Below, one piece after another: positions 9,448 through 18,700 of a stretch of DNA of 53,652 nucleotides. The DNA is from a virus. Lineage: Duplodnaviria > Caudoviricetes. The translations under genes and the position numbers were made by a program. The notes under the pieces are model-generated. The model did not search any database. It had not been told where the DNA came from and saw only the letters and a program-made list of their open reading frames with translations. The stretch's first letter is position 1. Every line of letters starts with the position of its first letter. Where the stretch lies: IMG/VR virus record IMGVR_UViG_3300020044_005691, positions 1 to 53,652 of that record. One strand, written 5' to 3'.

Positions 9448-10566
9448 TCACCGAAGTGTGAACCGCTCGTCAGAGTTTTGGATGATGCCTGCGTTTTTGC
9501 AGGCGTCAAGAAAATCTTCAGAAATTTTTTGACGATCTGATTTGTCGTGCTTGTCGGCGATTGCTTTGGAGATCTTAGCAAATGGAATCGATACGTTCTC
9601 AAGAACTTCTGACGTATCCATTCCAAAGTCGAGTGCGACGCCGATTAGACCGTCATTATCGACAACCTTCTTTGTTACGCCCATTGACCGCAAGCGTAGC
9701 GTCGGAAATTCTACACCGGACTTTGCAAGATCCATCGTACGCTCTTTCAAACGATCAGCCCAATTGCTGACAATCTTAGCAATAGCCCAGAGTTCTTCTA
9801 GTTCTGCTGGATCTTCAGAGTTCTCCATGTCTATGTCGGGTAGCTGCGGGTTGAGCTTCTTTGCGACTTCGACAACGAGTCCACCCAATGCGGGACAGTA
9901 ATCTTCGTGTCGGCAGAAGCGGCAGTTCTGAGTAGGTCGGCACTCATCAAGTGCTGGTGTACCACTCTCCCACTTAGGCCGCACCCGTTCGCCGTCTTTG
10001 ATGATCTTGCTCAACTCATCGATCATTGGTTGCAAGTGCTCCGCACGCGTGAACGTATGGTGCAGCGATGCACGGTGCTGTGGCACGTAGAATACGAACG
10101 TGATCTCTTCAAGTTGCGGGAACTTTTGAAACGCGCCGATAGTGTATGCTTTGGCTTGCCAGTTTTTTTCTGGCGGATCGATAATCGAAATGCCCGTCTT
10201 GTAGTCTGCCATCACTGCACGGTTGCCGTAGACGATGAGTCGGTCGCAAGTACCCCATGTCTCTGTGCCATCGAGCTGGACGGTGACTTGAATCTCATTG
10301 TGCTCTTCGCCGTCTGCTGGAAAGTTCGCTAAGAACTCTTGCTCCATCTTTACGATTTGGTTATACAGCGAAAGTTCTTGCTCGTTATGGAGAGCCGACG
10401 GGTTGGATATTTCAAGAGCTTCGTGAATACGCGTGCCCATCTCGGCAGCGGCGGATGATCCGTCTTTGCCGTGATAGCCAGCGCAGCCAGCTACATACTT
10501 GAGAGACGAAGGCGAGAACTCAGCGTGTCCGCGTGAGCCGTGATCTGGTTGTGTTTGTGTCTTCAT
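9448..10566 (-). CDS. Cas4-like / DUF2800 PD-(D/E)XK exonuclease
   Basis: SPSS..C, GTRIHE, GTCD, DYKTG, QxxxY, and C-terminal CRFC..C cluster ligands. Confidence 0.85.
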   Translation of the reverse strand: MKTQTQPDHGSRGHAEFSPSSLKYVAGCAGYHGKDGSSAAAEMGTRIHEALEISNPSALHNEQELSLYNQIVKMEQEFLANFPADGEEHNEIQVTVQLDGTETWGTCDRLIVYGNRAVMADYKTGISIIDPPEKNWQAKAYTIGAFQKFPQLEEITFVFYVPQHRASLHHTFTRAEHLQPMIDELSKIIKDGERVRPKWESGTPALDECRPTQNCRFCRHEDYCPALGGLVVEVAKKLNPQLPDIDMENSEDPAELEELWAIAKIVSNWADRLKERTMDLAKSGVEFPTLRLRSMGVTKKVVDNDGLIGVALDFGMDTSEVLENVSIPFAKISKAIADKHDKSDRQKISEDFLDACKNAGIIQNSDERFTLR

Positions 10567-10862
10567 AGATTCTTTTTTTCCCGTTTCTTAGGCTCTGTCA
10601 GTAAGAAATACTCATTATCTTTTCTGACAATAGATTTGATCTTCACGTCGGGAAGTTCTTTAGAGTATTCGCGTAACGATGCATCGCGAGCGAAAAATGG
10701 TCCGCCAGATGGATCGACGAATACAATGCCATCGTCGTCGCTGCCACAGCGGTGGAAACCACTACCCGCCATTTGCAGATGCCACTCGTGCAGCTTCTTT
10801 CGGATTACGGTACACGTGTGTGTTCTGTAATGGCCATAGATTTTCTTAGTAATCTCTTTCAT
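10563..10862 (-). CDS. Hypothetical protein
   Basis: 99 aa, 'FVDPSGGPF' motif, overlapping junctions with neighbours. Confidence 0.7.
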   Translation of the reverse strand: MKEITKKIYGHYRTHTCTVIRKKLHEWHLQMAGSGFHRCGSDDDGIVFVDPSGGPFFARDASLREYSKELPDVKIKSIVRKDNEYFLLTEPKKREKKNL

Positions 10863-11013
10863 TCGTTAGCTTTTCTTGCTCCATTCTTTCACGAATAACC
10901 TCTTCAAGAATGTCGAGTTCATCTTCGTTTTTTTCTGAAGGTCTGAGATTCATTCTTTTCCAGTAAGCCTCTAGCAGAGCCTTTACTGTCATTCTTTCTT
11001 TTGGCTCTTTCAT
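10846..11013 (-). CDS. Small hypothetical protein (55 aa)
   Basis: Translated by hand (MKEPKERMTVKALLEAYW...); ATGA overlap with the DUF5664 stop. Confidence 0.55.
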   Translation of the reverse strand: MKEPKERMTVKALLEAYWKRMNLRPSEKNEDELDILEEVIRERMEQEKLTNERDY

Positions 11014-11450
11014 AGATCACAGTGTGGGCAGATCCATCCTAACGTGTAGTGGTGCTCGTTTTTCTTATGACACTTCTTACAGTGTGTCCAACTATTTTTC
11101 AAAATAATTACGTCCTCCTCTTCGGTGACAGATTTTTTGTATCGGTCATCTTCGAGCGTGCCACAGTTGCTGGCATCCATCAAGATGTTACATGAAGCCA
11201 CAACATGTGCCAGATGCGTGATACCGGATTCAGGGTCCAGATCCTCACCGTCACGCCATGCGTTGAGATGGCGCATCATCGCTGCGGTGTAAGTCGTAGC
11301 GCAGACTTTTGTCTTGCGCCAGTTATACGGTCCGTACTTGTCTGCGCCCAACTTATGTGCGAGTGCGTTCTGTTCCATCGCGTACGGTGGGATTAAGTGC
11401 AGTGGTACTTTTTTGCTACCAGCTTCTCCTTTGGGGTCTAGTGTATTCAT
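11010..11450 (-). CDS. DUF5664 dATP/dGTP diphosphohydrolase-like protein with C-terminal zinc ribbon
   Basis: 'GADKYGPYNW', 'RHL', 'DPESGITHLAH'; C-terminal CxxC...CxxC. Confidence 0.85.
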   Translation of the reverse strand: MNTLDPKGEAGSKKVPLHLIPPYAMEQNALAHKLGADKYGPYNWRKTKVCATTYTAAMMRHLNAWRDGEDLDPESGITHLAHVVASCNILMDASNCGTLEDDRYKKSVTEEEDVIILKNSWTHCKKCHKKNEHHYTLGWICPHCDL

Positions 11451-11557
11451 TCGTCTTTATCGTTAAATTTATCGGTTACTGCGGCTCCGAACATAAATAG
11501 CGTTATGGTAGCCATTACAATCCAAAATGCTGCTGCGTATATTATGTCTAAGATCAT
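11447..11557 (-). CDS. Small single-pass membrane peptide (36 aa)
   Basis: MILDIIYAAAFWIVMATITLFMFGAAVTDKFNDKDE; ATGA overlaps at both ends. Confidence 0.55.
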   Translation of the reverse strand: MILDIIYAAAFWIVMATITLFMFGAAVTDKFNDKDE

Positions 11558-11760
11558 TGGTCTGCTTTTAGTTTTTGAAGTTTATCGTAGTAGAACTCGA
11601 CCATCGCTGAGTCTTTATCGTTGACGGCTTTGTCGAATTGTTTCTGTGCCTCTTCGATTGGGTCTTTCTTTCGAAAGATGTTGTCGTAGTTATCACGTCC
11701 TTCTTTTGAAAGAATGCGCGTGCGGATTGCGTCGCCTGTTATGTCGTTTACTGCTGCCAT
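11554..11760 (-). CDS. Hypothetical protein
   Basis: 68 aa; 'NDITGD...NYDNIF' motif of a small phage protein type. Confidence 0.7.
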   Translation of the reverse strand: MAAVNDITGDAIRTRILSKEGRDNYDNIFRKKDPIEEAQKQFDKAVNDKDSAMVEFYYDKLQKLKADQ

Positions 11761-11772
11761 GTTGTTGGTGTG

Positions 11773-13068
11773 TTATTCTCCGTGGAGAGCTTTCATGTTG
11801 GCTACTTTGATGTCGATAGCTTTCATAACTGTTTCTTCGATTGACTTAGCTGCCACAAGAACTTTTTGAATCGCGTCCGTCTTTGCGCCGTTACGGTGGA
11901 TTCGGCCTAAGACTTGCAAGTAGTCTTTGGCGTTAAATGTTGGAGAGATCAATGAGATTCTCGGACGGTCGCCGATAGTATCGTGTAGCGACAATCCGGT
12001 TCCGCCCGCTGCGATGTTAACAACTAAGCAATGATCTTCGTCTCGCTGGAATCGGTCAACGGCTTCTTGCCGTTCTTCGGCTGTTTGGCGACCGTCAATC
12101 TTGCGGCAGTTAAGCGTCGAACAGAGCGCGTCTACCGTAGCTGAGAAGTTTACGAAGATCACAACGCTATTGCCGCCGTCAACGTAGTCAGTAGCAATGT
12201 CGGCAAGATCGGGTGCTTTGAAGGATTCGGCGAGCTGGCGGGCCTTTAAGATATTCACAAGAACGTGCTCACTATTGGCGACACTTCCGAACTCGATAAA
12301 CTCTTCGATGATCGCTGGCGTGATGCCCAGATCACTGTAGGCTTTATTGATCTTCTTCCAATCAGAGAACTGAGTTGGTTCGATGAAGATCCGATTGTCT
12401 CTGAAAGAATCGGGGAAGTCTTTCGGTGTAAGCTTGTGCCCGCTCTTACCGTAGATCTGTTGGTTCAGTTCAGCGAGCTTAGACTTGTTGGCAAGCTTCC
12501 AGCTACCCCATGAGTCTTGGTGGCAACCGTTGCACATCATCCATGAGTACCAGCTCTTCAAACCGTTCTCGGGTTTATTAAGAGAATGCAACTCTAGCGC
12601 GTAGCCCAATGGACGCATCTCTGTTGGGTCTTCGGCGGCTGTCGCTGACATACCGTGTACAGAGAAGCCCTGCTGAATCAGCGAGATAACAAGCTGAGAG
12701 TTCTGTGTGTATGGGCCTTTTGCTTTGTGGACCTCATCAACAAGAATGATCGTATCAGATGGCAGTGACCAGCGCATGATTTTCTTGCCAGCTTTGGACA
12801 GCCACTCTGTCTTTCCGCCGCGAAGTTTCTCGTAGTTGAGGACGAATAGCGGCGTAACATTGTGTTCGGCACACTCGCGCTCCCATGCTGGAATAACTGC
12901 TTTGGGGCAGATGACAGCGAATGAACGCGCCAGATCTTTGACGAGATGGACGGCTACGACGGTCTTGCCAGTGCCGACACTTGAACTGTCGAGCGTATTG
13001 CCGCCGCAGCGGTGGCGTTCTTGAAAGAACTCTTTTGCTTCTTTTTGTTTCGGGAATAATGTTTTCAT
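11773..13068 (-). CDS. SF2 (SNF2-like) DNA helicase
   Basis: Q motif, GTGKT, DEVH, SAT, GTGLSL, QVLGRIHR. Confidence 0.92.
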   Translation of the reverse strand: MKTLFPKQKEAKEFFQERHRCGGNTLDSSSVGTGKTVVAVHLVKDLARSFAVICPKAVIPAWERECAEHNVTPLFVLNYEKLRGGKTEWLSKAGKKIMRWSLPSDTIILVDEVHKAKGPYTQNSQLVISLIQQGFSVHGMSATAAEDPTEMRPLGYALELHSLNKPENGLKSWYSWMMCNGCHQDSWGSWKLANKSKLAELNQQIYGKSGHKLTPKDFPDSFRDNRIFIEPTQFSDWKKINKAYSDLGITPAIIEEFIEFGSVANSEHVLVNILKARQLAESFKAPDLADIATDYVDGGNSVVIFVNFSATVDALCSTLNCRKIDGRQTAEERQEAVDRFQRDEDHCLVVNIAAGGTGLSLHDTIGDRPRISLISPTFNAKDYLQVLGRIHRNGAKTDAIQKVLVAAKSIEETVMKAIDIKVANMKALHGE

Positions 13069-13547
13069 TTATTTTTATCTAAAAAGTACTTAGCGATTAA
13101 GTAGGCATCAACAATTCCGTCGTGAGCTACCGTACAGCGGTGACTCTTTCGCCAGTCTTCATCGGGTGCAAGCTTATTCGCAACTTCAAGTGCGATTATT
13201 TTTGTTTTTCCTTTTGGCACTTTGCCGAGCATTTTTTTCTGCCAGTCGATCACCTCAATCGGATTGACATCAAGCATGTGTGCCTCACACATGCCGAGCA
13301 GCTTACCGAATGAGATGCCCATTGAGCGCATCGCTTGCGAAGACTTTGCGTGCTTCAATGGTTCTTCGATCACGATTCTTGATTCCGTATTCAGGTTACA
13401 GATCCAGTTGTAAACGGATCGTGTATCAATCTCGCGCTTGCCCGCTCGTTTGAATGTCGGCATTTCGCACTTATCGATGATGGCTCCGTTGTGCGCTGAG
13501 ATTGCACAGATGCCACCGTCGAGTCCGTTGTCGATGCCGATAATCAT
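13065..13547 (-). CDS. RuvC-like Holliday junction resolvase
   Basis: IIGIDNG, VIEE, W..K, HDGIVDAYLIA. Confidence 0.85.
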   Translation of the reverse strand: MIIGIDNGLDGGICAISAHNGAIIDKCEMPTFKRAGKREIDTRSVYNWICNLNTESRIVIEEPLKHAKSSQAMRSMGISFGKLLGMCEAHMLDVNPIEVIDWQKKMLGKVPKGKTKIIALEVANKLAPDEDWRKSHRCTVAHDGIVDAYLIAKYFLDKNK

Positions 13548-13853
13548 TTACAGCGCGTACATTTCTCTGCGATACTCTTTGACTACTCTGAGTGCCAATG
13601 ACTGCATGTCTTTCTCCATATCGACAATCCTCTTTGCCTCTACGGCGGATGATGTCGGCATACCAAACACTTCGGCAACCGTCTTATACGTGACGTCAAA
13701 CATTGCATACATAAGCGACATAGCAAGATAACGTGCGCGAGAGTGAGTCAAGTGTCTTAATCGCATCATCTCATTCTTTTTAAGGCCACTTAAATCTGCA
13801 ACTATTTCGATAAGAAGATCACGGCGAGTCTTCGTAAATGGTTCCTTTTCCAT
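13548..13853 (-). CDS. DnaA C-terminal-domain-like HTH DNA-binding protein
   Basis: 'ARYLAMSLM...TYKTVAEVFG..TSSAVEA' resembles the DnaA domain IV pattern. Confidence 0.6.
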   Translation of the reverse strand: MEKEPFTKTRRDLLIEIVADLSGLKKNEMMRLRHLTHSRARYLAMSLMYAMFDVTYKTVAEVFGMPTSSAVEAKRIVDMEKDMQSLALRVVKEYRREMYAL

Positions 13854-13854
13854 C

Positions 13855-14124
13855 TTACAGTGTGTCGATTGCTGATGCCGTTACGAGCACGCCGTTGCCA
13901 GTCTCAGTGACGTGAATCTGGTTGTACTTCGCTAGCGACTGCAAGTAGTGTACCTCTTTGATGTTCTTTGGAAAGACTCTGTAGCACGGATAGTCTAAAA
14001 TCTTTACGTCAAATGTGAAGTCATTGTGGGCTAGATTACGCCGAACGAGTGTGCGGGCATTGATTACGTACTCTTTGTTCTTAAACATATCACTCTTCTT
14101 CTGTATATTCTTCATCGATGTCAA
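13855..14124 (-). CDS. Hypothetical protein
   Basis: ORF within the operon; true start may be the downstream MFKNK. Confidence 0.6.
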   Translation of the reverse strand: MTSMKNIQKKSDMFKNKEYVINARTLVRRNLAHNDFTFDVKILDYPCYRVFPKNIKEVHYLQSLAKYNQIHVTETGNGVLVTASAIDTL

Positions 14125-14719
14125 TAATTGTTGGTTTCATTCGGGAGATTGTGCCGTTGCCGCGATCAGCTTTGGCGTTATTTAAGATGCTGATGTCAAT
14201 GTGCATCTTGCTTGTTCCGCCGCCGCTCTTCGCATTCAGGCCGAGATTTCGTCGGATCATCTGGTCAAGCTCAGAAAGTTCGCGGACAGTCTTCGGGCCG
14301 CGCAAGTGGGCCATTGAGTCGCGCAAGAGTTTGATACCCGCTGCGGCCATGTAGTGCTGGTACTTATCAGCGGGCGATGACTGCGAGTCGGCGATGTCGA
14401 GCATTGCGGTATCTTCGTCAAGACGGGCATTGTGCTTCGCTACGCGAATTGCAGCATCTGTGTAGTCTTCGAGATTGTCCTCAAGATCGTCCGCCATGTC
14501 ATCTTTCTCGTCAACGTACTCATTACGCACGGGCTGGATTACGCCAGCCTTTCTTGGCGGCATGCCGAGAGACTTAAACCAGCGGCGTACGGTAGACGGA
14601 TGGACGCCGAGTTCACGGGCAATCGTAACGGTCTTGTAGTCTTTGTTAAACATCTCAAGCGCACGCTGCAATAGCGGGTCTTCAGTCGGTAAATCTTGTT
14701 CTTCAGGTTCGGTATCCAT
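14090..14719 (-). CDS. HTH protein, probable terminase small subunit
   Basis: N-terminal HTH 'TIARELGVHPSTVRRW', helical oligomerisation-like region, 'IIDID' tail; adjacent to but divergent from TerL. Confidence 0.6.
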   Translation of the reverse strand: MDTEPEEQDLPTEDPLLQRALEMFNKDYKTVTIARELGVHPSTVRRWFKSLGMPPRKAGVIQPVRNEYVDEKDDMADDLEDNLEDYTDAAIRVAKHNARLDEDTAMLDIADSQSSPADKYQHYMAAAGIKLLRDSMAHLRGPKTVRELSELDQMIRRNLGLNAKSGGGTSKMHIDISILNNAKADRGNGTISRMKPTIIDIDEEYTEEE

Positions 14720-14725
14720 CGGTTA

Positions 14726-14753
14726 TTGACAGTAGTGGCGCGGTTGTTATGGT
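14726..14753 (+). promoter_or_regulatory. Sigma70-type promoter for terL
   Basis: TTGACA-N16-TATGGT in the 48-nt divergent gap. Confidence 0.5.
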
Positions 14754-14767
14754 GGTAGGCACAAGAC

Positions 14768-16558
14768 ATGGCAACAAAAAAAGTAACGCGCAAGAAAATT
14801 CTTGAGCCGCGAATCGATCCGACGACAAAAAAGATGGATGTAGGCGGTCTTCTGATTCCTCCAACTAGTTTAATTACAGCACTATTGTACGGTTTTGCGA
14901 ACCACTCAAACTTGCGGGCAAAAGAATTTTATTTTTGGCGATGCTGCGACGAGATCTGGAACAATGACGACCTGCCGGAGCCGATGATGATTAAGCACCC
15001 GTGGGCCGAAGAGATGATCTGGGCCGCACTGAATAACAAGTATCTTGCCGTCGGCGGCTCTGCATCGAGCGGGAAGTCCCACACGATGGCGGCATGGGGG
15101 ATCATCAACTGGCTGAGCGAACCGAAGGACACGCTCGTGCTGATGACATCAACAACGCTGCGTGAAGCCCGTAAGCGGATCTGGGGATCTGTTATCGGAT
15201 TGCTGGCTGTAATCGATGGTGCACCGCTCAAGATTCGGGATTCAATTGGCAACGTCGCATACGTCGGCGAAGACGGGGTGCTTATCGAAAGAGCTGGCAT
15301 TTCGCTAATCGCTGCTGAAAAGAGCAAGACGCGAGAGGCTGTTGGCAAGTTCATCGGTCTTAAACAGAAACGCGTTATTCTGATTGGCGATGAGCTTTCC
15401 GAACTTTCCGAAGCTATTCTCAATGCGGGCCTGACTAACTTGAGCAAGAACCCGTCATTCCAGATGATCGGTATGAGTAACCCGAACAGCCGATTCGATG
15501 CGTTCGGTGTGTGGGCAGAGCCGAAGAAGGGGTGGGACTCAGTAGATACGAACACGGCGGACAACTGGGAAACAAAGTGGGGCGGCTACTATCTGCGACT
15601 CGACGGCGAACGCTCGCCCAACATTGTGGCGGGCGAAGTAATTTACCCGTGGCTCCCGACGCAAGAAAAGCTCGACGAAGACAAAGCGTTGCTGGGCCAA
15701 GAGTCTCGCGGCTATCTTCGGATGGTTCGTGCCGTCTTCTTCGACAGTGATGAAACAACGGGCATCTACTCAGAGTCGGAGCTGGCAAACAGTGGCGCGA
15801 TGCGTAGCGTCGAGTGGGGCAGCAAGCCGACGAAGATTGCTGGACTCGATCCGGCATTCACTAACGGCGGCGACCGAACGATCTTGTACACAGCATCAGT
15901 TGGTTACAATAAAGCTGGTCACTATGTCATTGAGTTTGAGGATGCTATCTTGCTGAACGACGACGCGAGCAACAAAGCCGTTCCGCGAACTTACCAGATC
16001 GTCCAGCTAGTTAAAGAGCACTGCACGAAGCGTGGCATCTTGCCAGAGAATATCTCCGTCGATGCTACGGGTGCAGGCTCGCCGTTCTGCGATGTTCTGG
16101 CGGGTGAGTGGTCGAACCGATTCATGCGGGTCAGCTTCGGTGGCAAAGCGTCAGACAAGCGGGTAAGTCAGAACAGCAAGCTGATCGGCGAAGAACTCTA
16201 CGTGAACCGTGTATCCGAACTCTGGTTCGTGGGTAAAGAACTCATGCGAACCAAACAGTTGTTTGGTATCAACTCAGATCTAGCGCAAGAGATAACGAGC
16301 CGTAACTACGATCTGGTCAAAGGCGGCACGCTGCGGGTTAAGGTAGAATCGAAGCCAGAGTTCAAAGCGCGTTTCGGTCGATCACCCGACTTGGCTGATG
16401 CGGCCTTTCTTGCGCTTGACTGTGCCCGCCAACGGCTCGGACTGGTGGCGATTGATCCACCTAACGAAAAGGACACTGCCCACTTCATGCGACCGCCAGT
16501 GACGATCAAGTCGCTGGGCAGTGCGCTCATGAACTCGATGACGGTTCTGGCCGAATGA
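14768..16558 (+). CDS. terL: Terminase large subunit
   Basis: Walker A GSASSGKS, Walker B VILIGDE, coupling motif MSNP, RNase H-like GLDPA..GGD and SPDLADA. Confidence 0.92.
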   Translation: MATKKVTRKKILEPRIDPTTKKMDVGGLLIPPTSLITALLYGFANHSNLRAKEFYFWRCCDEIWNNDDLPEPMMIKHPWAEEMIWAALNNKYLAVGGSASSGKSHTMAAWGIINWLSEPKDTLVLMTSTTLREARKRIWGSVIGLLAVIDGAPLKIRDSIGNVAYVGEDGVLIERAGISLIAAEKSKTREAVGKFIGLKQKRVILIGDELSELSEAILNAGLTNLSKNPSFQMIGMSNPNSRFDAFGVWAEPKKGWDSVDTNTADNWETKWGGYYLRLDGERSPNIVAGEVIYPWLPTQEKLDEDKALLGQESRGYLRMVRAVFFDSDETTGIYSESELANSGAMRSVEWGSKPTKIAGLDPAFTNGGDRTILYTASVGYNKAGHYVIEFEDAILLNDDASNKAVPRTYQIVQLVKEHCTKRGILPENISVDATGAGSPFCDVLAGEWSNRFMRVSFGGKASDKRVSQNSKLIGEELYVNRVSELWFVGKELMRTKQLFGINSDLAQEITSRNYDLVKGGTLRVKVESKPEFKARFGRSPDLADAAFLALDCARQRLGLVAIDPPNEKDTAHFMRPPVTIKSLGSALMNSMTVLAE

Positions 16559-16572
16559 TTCAGGTTGGGGGA

Positions 16573-16677
16573 AAAAACTTTCTAAAATATGATGTAGGGC
16601 ATTAAGCGTCGCTTAATGCCCTACAGTTCTAAAAGAAAAGTTTTTATCTTTAATCTTGTAAAGAAAAGAATTGACAC
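16573..16677 (+). repeat. 105-bp palindromic element, copy 1 (33-bp palindrome plus TTGACA)
   Basis: Identical to the copies at 43967 and 44102 except one base (GTTCT vs GTCCT); palindrome at 16593-16625. Confidence 0.95.
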
Positions 16678-16759
16678 CAGCTTTACGCGAATAAGCCACA
16701 CCAGCTATTGACATTACACCCGTTAAGTGTAGGGTCGCAAAGAACTTCACACTTTGCTC

Positions 16760-17671
16760 ATGGCTGTTAATAAAGATCAAACTTACGCTGGGATAGACGA
16801 CGATGCGGAACTTGCACGTCAACTTATTGAGGAACAGAAAGCCAAAGAAGAGGCCGCTCGCAAAGCCGCTGAAGAAACCGCTCGCAAAGCCGCTGAAGAA
16901 ACCGCTGGAAAACAAACTACGACACTAGCTCCGGATGAAGAGCTTTCGCGCAAAAAAGATTTTGCTGCCTTACTCGAAGAAAAAATTTACAATCGAGATA
17001 ACGGCGCAAATAATTATGATGCTGATACTGATGACGGAGCGGAAGCGAAACGTCTCGGCATCAACGGCGTGCGTCTCCAAGCTTTTATTGACAAAGCGGT
17101 TGCGAATAGAGCCGCTGGAGTTGGACCGACTTATTATAAGCCGACACCATTGGGTTCTGCGCCAGTCGAAGAATCAAAATACGCGACGCAAGCACAGACT
17201 GAAAATTTTTGGGGTAAAGTAGACAAGAATACTCAAGACCAAGCGGCTGGTGTTACTGGTAAAAAAGAAAGTGCTCAAAAATTTGTACCACCCGCAGGCA
17301 CTCTTTCTGGTCTTGATGAACTTTCAGCAATGCAAGATCGCGAGTTTGGGACAAATACTTCCAGAGGACGTTATATTGGAACTGAATCTGGTAAGTGGCT
17401 CCGCGCTGCTAACCGGATTGAGCGGCTCGGTAGCCCATCTGCGGCTCATGCACTAAGGTTAGAAGCTGGTAAGATACTTGCCACTGAAGAAGGTGGTATC
17501 ACTACAGAAGCTCAGGGCAAACGAAAGGCACTACAAAATGTCCAAGCTTCTCTTGTAGCACAAAAGAAAAAACAAATTGAAGATCAAGAACTTCTAAACA
17601 AACTAGAAATGATTCGCCAAAATAGAGCGGCTCTTTCTACTGGTAAACCACTCCCATACGCTGCTCAATAA
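16760..17671 (+). CDS. Putative internal virion (ejection) protein
   Basis: Ala/Glu/Lys-rich helical protein with an ARKAAEET tandem duplication; first of three genes ending in the giant ORF, like the T7 gp14-15-16 layout. Confidence 0.5.
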   Translation: MAVNKDQTYAGIDDDAELARQLIEEQKAKEEAARKAAEETARKAAEETAGKQTTTLAPDEELSRKKDFAALLEEKIYNRDNGANNYDADTDDGAEAKRLGINGVRLQAFIDKAVANRAAGVGPTYYKPTPLGSAPVEESKYATQAQTENFWGKVDKNTQDQAAGVTGKKESAQKFVPPAGTLSGLDELSAMQDREFGTNTSRGRYIGTESGKWLRAANRIERLGSPSAAHALRLEAGKILATEEGGITTEAQGKRKALQNVQASLVAQKKKQIEDQELLNKLEMIRQNRAALSTGKPLPYAAQ

Positions 17672-17672
17672 T

Positions 17673-18677
17673 ATGGCTGACTTCTCTTACGAATCTGATA
17701 TTGCGCCAATGCGCGGGTCTTATTTTTACAATGACCCATCGATCAGCACTGAAGAACTGTCACAGCTTCAGGCTGGCTACAATAGAAAAATTGCGCCGAT
17801 TGAAGAATCCATTCTAAAGTCTGCCGATTCAATGCTTAAAGATCAAGCAAGCCAGATGGCTTTTGAGCGTCAGAAGATGGATCTTGAGAAGTCCCGCGAC
17901 GAAGCACGTATGCAGATTGAGGCATCGAGTCGATTGGGGGAGCTAACTAACTCATTGGGCACAATTGTAAATGACAAATCAAAAGATGTTTTTGGTCGCG
18001 CAGCAGATCTTGCTACGCTGAAGATGTCCGTCTCTAATCTTGTAGCCCGTGATCCAACCACTAGAGCTGTGTTTGATGCCGCTGCCTCTAAGCTCAGTGT
18101 CGATGAGGAATTGCTGAAGCGTGAAGAGAAGATTAAAAATAATCGTCTTGATCTGATGTCTCGCGCTACGGCATTGGGCGACGTTGATCTTATCAATAGG
18201 CTTGCCAGCAGCACGACAGAGCCTGATGAACGACAGTATTTAGAGATTGCTGCTAGCTATGCGGCTAGCAATAAAGCTACGTCGCAAGCCGCGTCTGATA
18301 AAGAGCAACGCGCCGCGCAAGCTGCCGATGAAAAAGAGCGTCGAAGCGTTTATCTTAGTACGCTAAACAGTTATGAATCAACTCTTAATGGTATGGGACA
18401 ACAAAAAGAAGATGCTGATGCTGTTCCAACTTCTTTAAAAACTGGAACAGCATTACCAACAACGGGTCCAAAACCGTTGAACTTTAAAGCAGAAGATGGC
18501 ATTCTTCTCGATAGTATTCTTCTTGACTTGCATCCAGATTTGAATCGTAATCCAAAGCAGCTTGATACGACACCAACGGAAACAAAGTATAGGACAGCTC
18601 TTCAACTTGTTCGTCAGAAAAAAGCAGCATTAGGTCCAAAACCAACATCAACTATTTCATCTCTTTTTAACAAATAA
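17673..18677 (+). CDS. Putative internal virion (ejection) protein, coiled-coil
   Basis: 334-aa helical protein immediately upstream of the giant ORF. Confidence 0.5.
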   Translation: MADFSYESDIAPMRGSYFYNDPSISTEELSQLQAGYNRKIAPIEESILKSADSMLKDQASQMAFERQKMDLEKSRDEARMQIEASSRLGELTNSLGTIVNDKSKDVFGRAADLATLKMSVSNLVARDPTTRAVFDAAASKLSVDEELLKREEKIKNNRLDLMSRATALGDVDLINRLASSTTEPDERQYLEIAASYAASNKATSQAASDKEQRAAQAADEKERRSVYLSTLNSYESTLNGMGQQKEDADAVPTSLKTGTALPTTGPKPLNFKAEDGILLDSILLDLHPDLNRNPKQLDTTPTETKYRTALQLVRQKKAALGPKPTSTISSLFNK

Positions 18678-18700
18678 TCTACTACTAAATACTACATACC

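Noticed and set aside
9448-10566. Cas4-like gene as evidence of CRISPR-Cas
   Set aside because: It is the stand-alone DUF2800-type nuclease normally found beside phage SSB and PolA; no cas1, cas2 or array is seen.
16593-16625. 33-bp palindrome as a protelomerase telRL site
   Set aside because: No protelomerase is visible, known tel sites are single-copy, and this palindrome has an unpaired central base; kept only as a read-level check.
16613-16915. ORFs 16613-16915 (-) and 44145-44432 (+) running through the repeat element
   Set aside because: Different copies are read in different frames and strands, so the element is not a conserved coding sequence.
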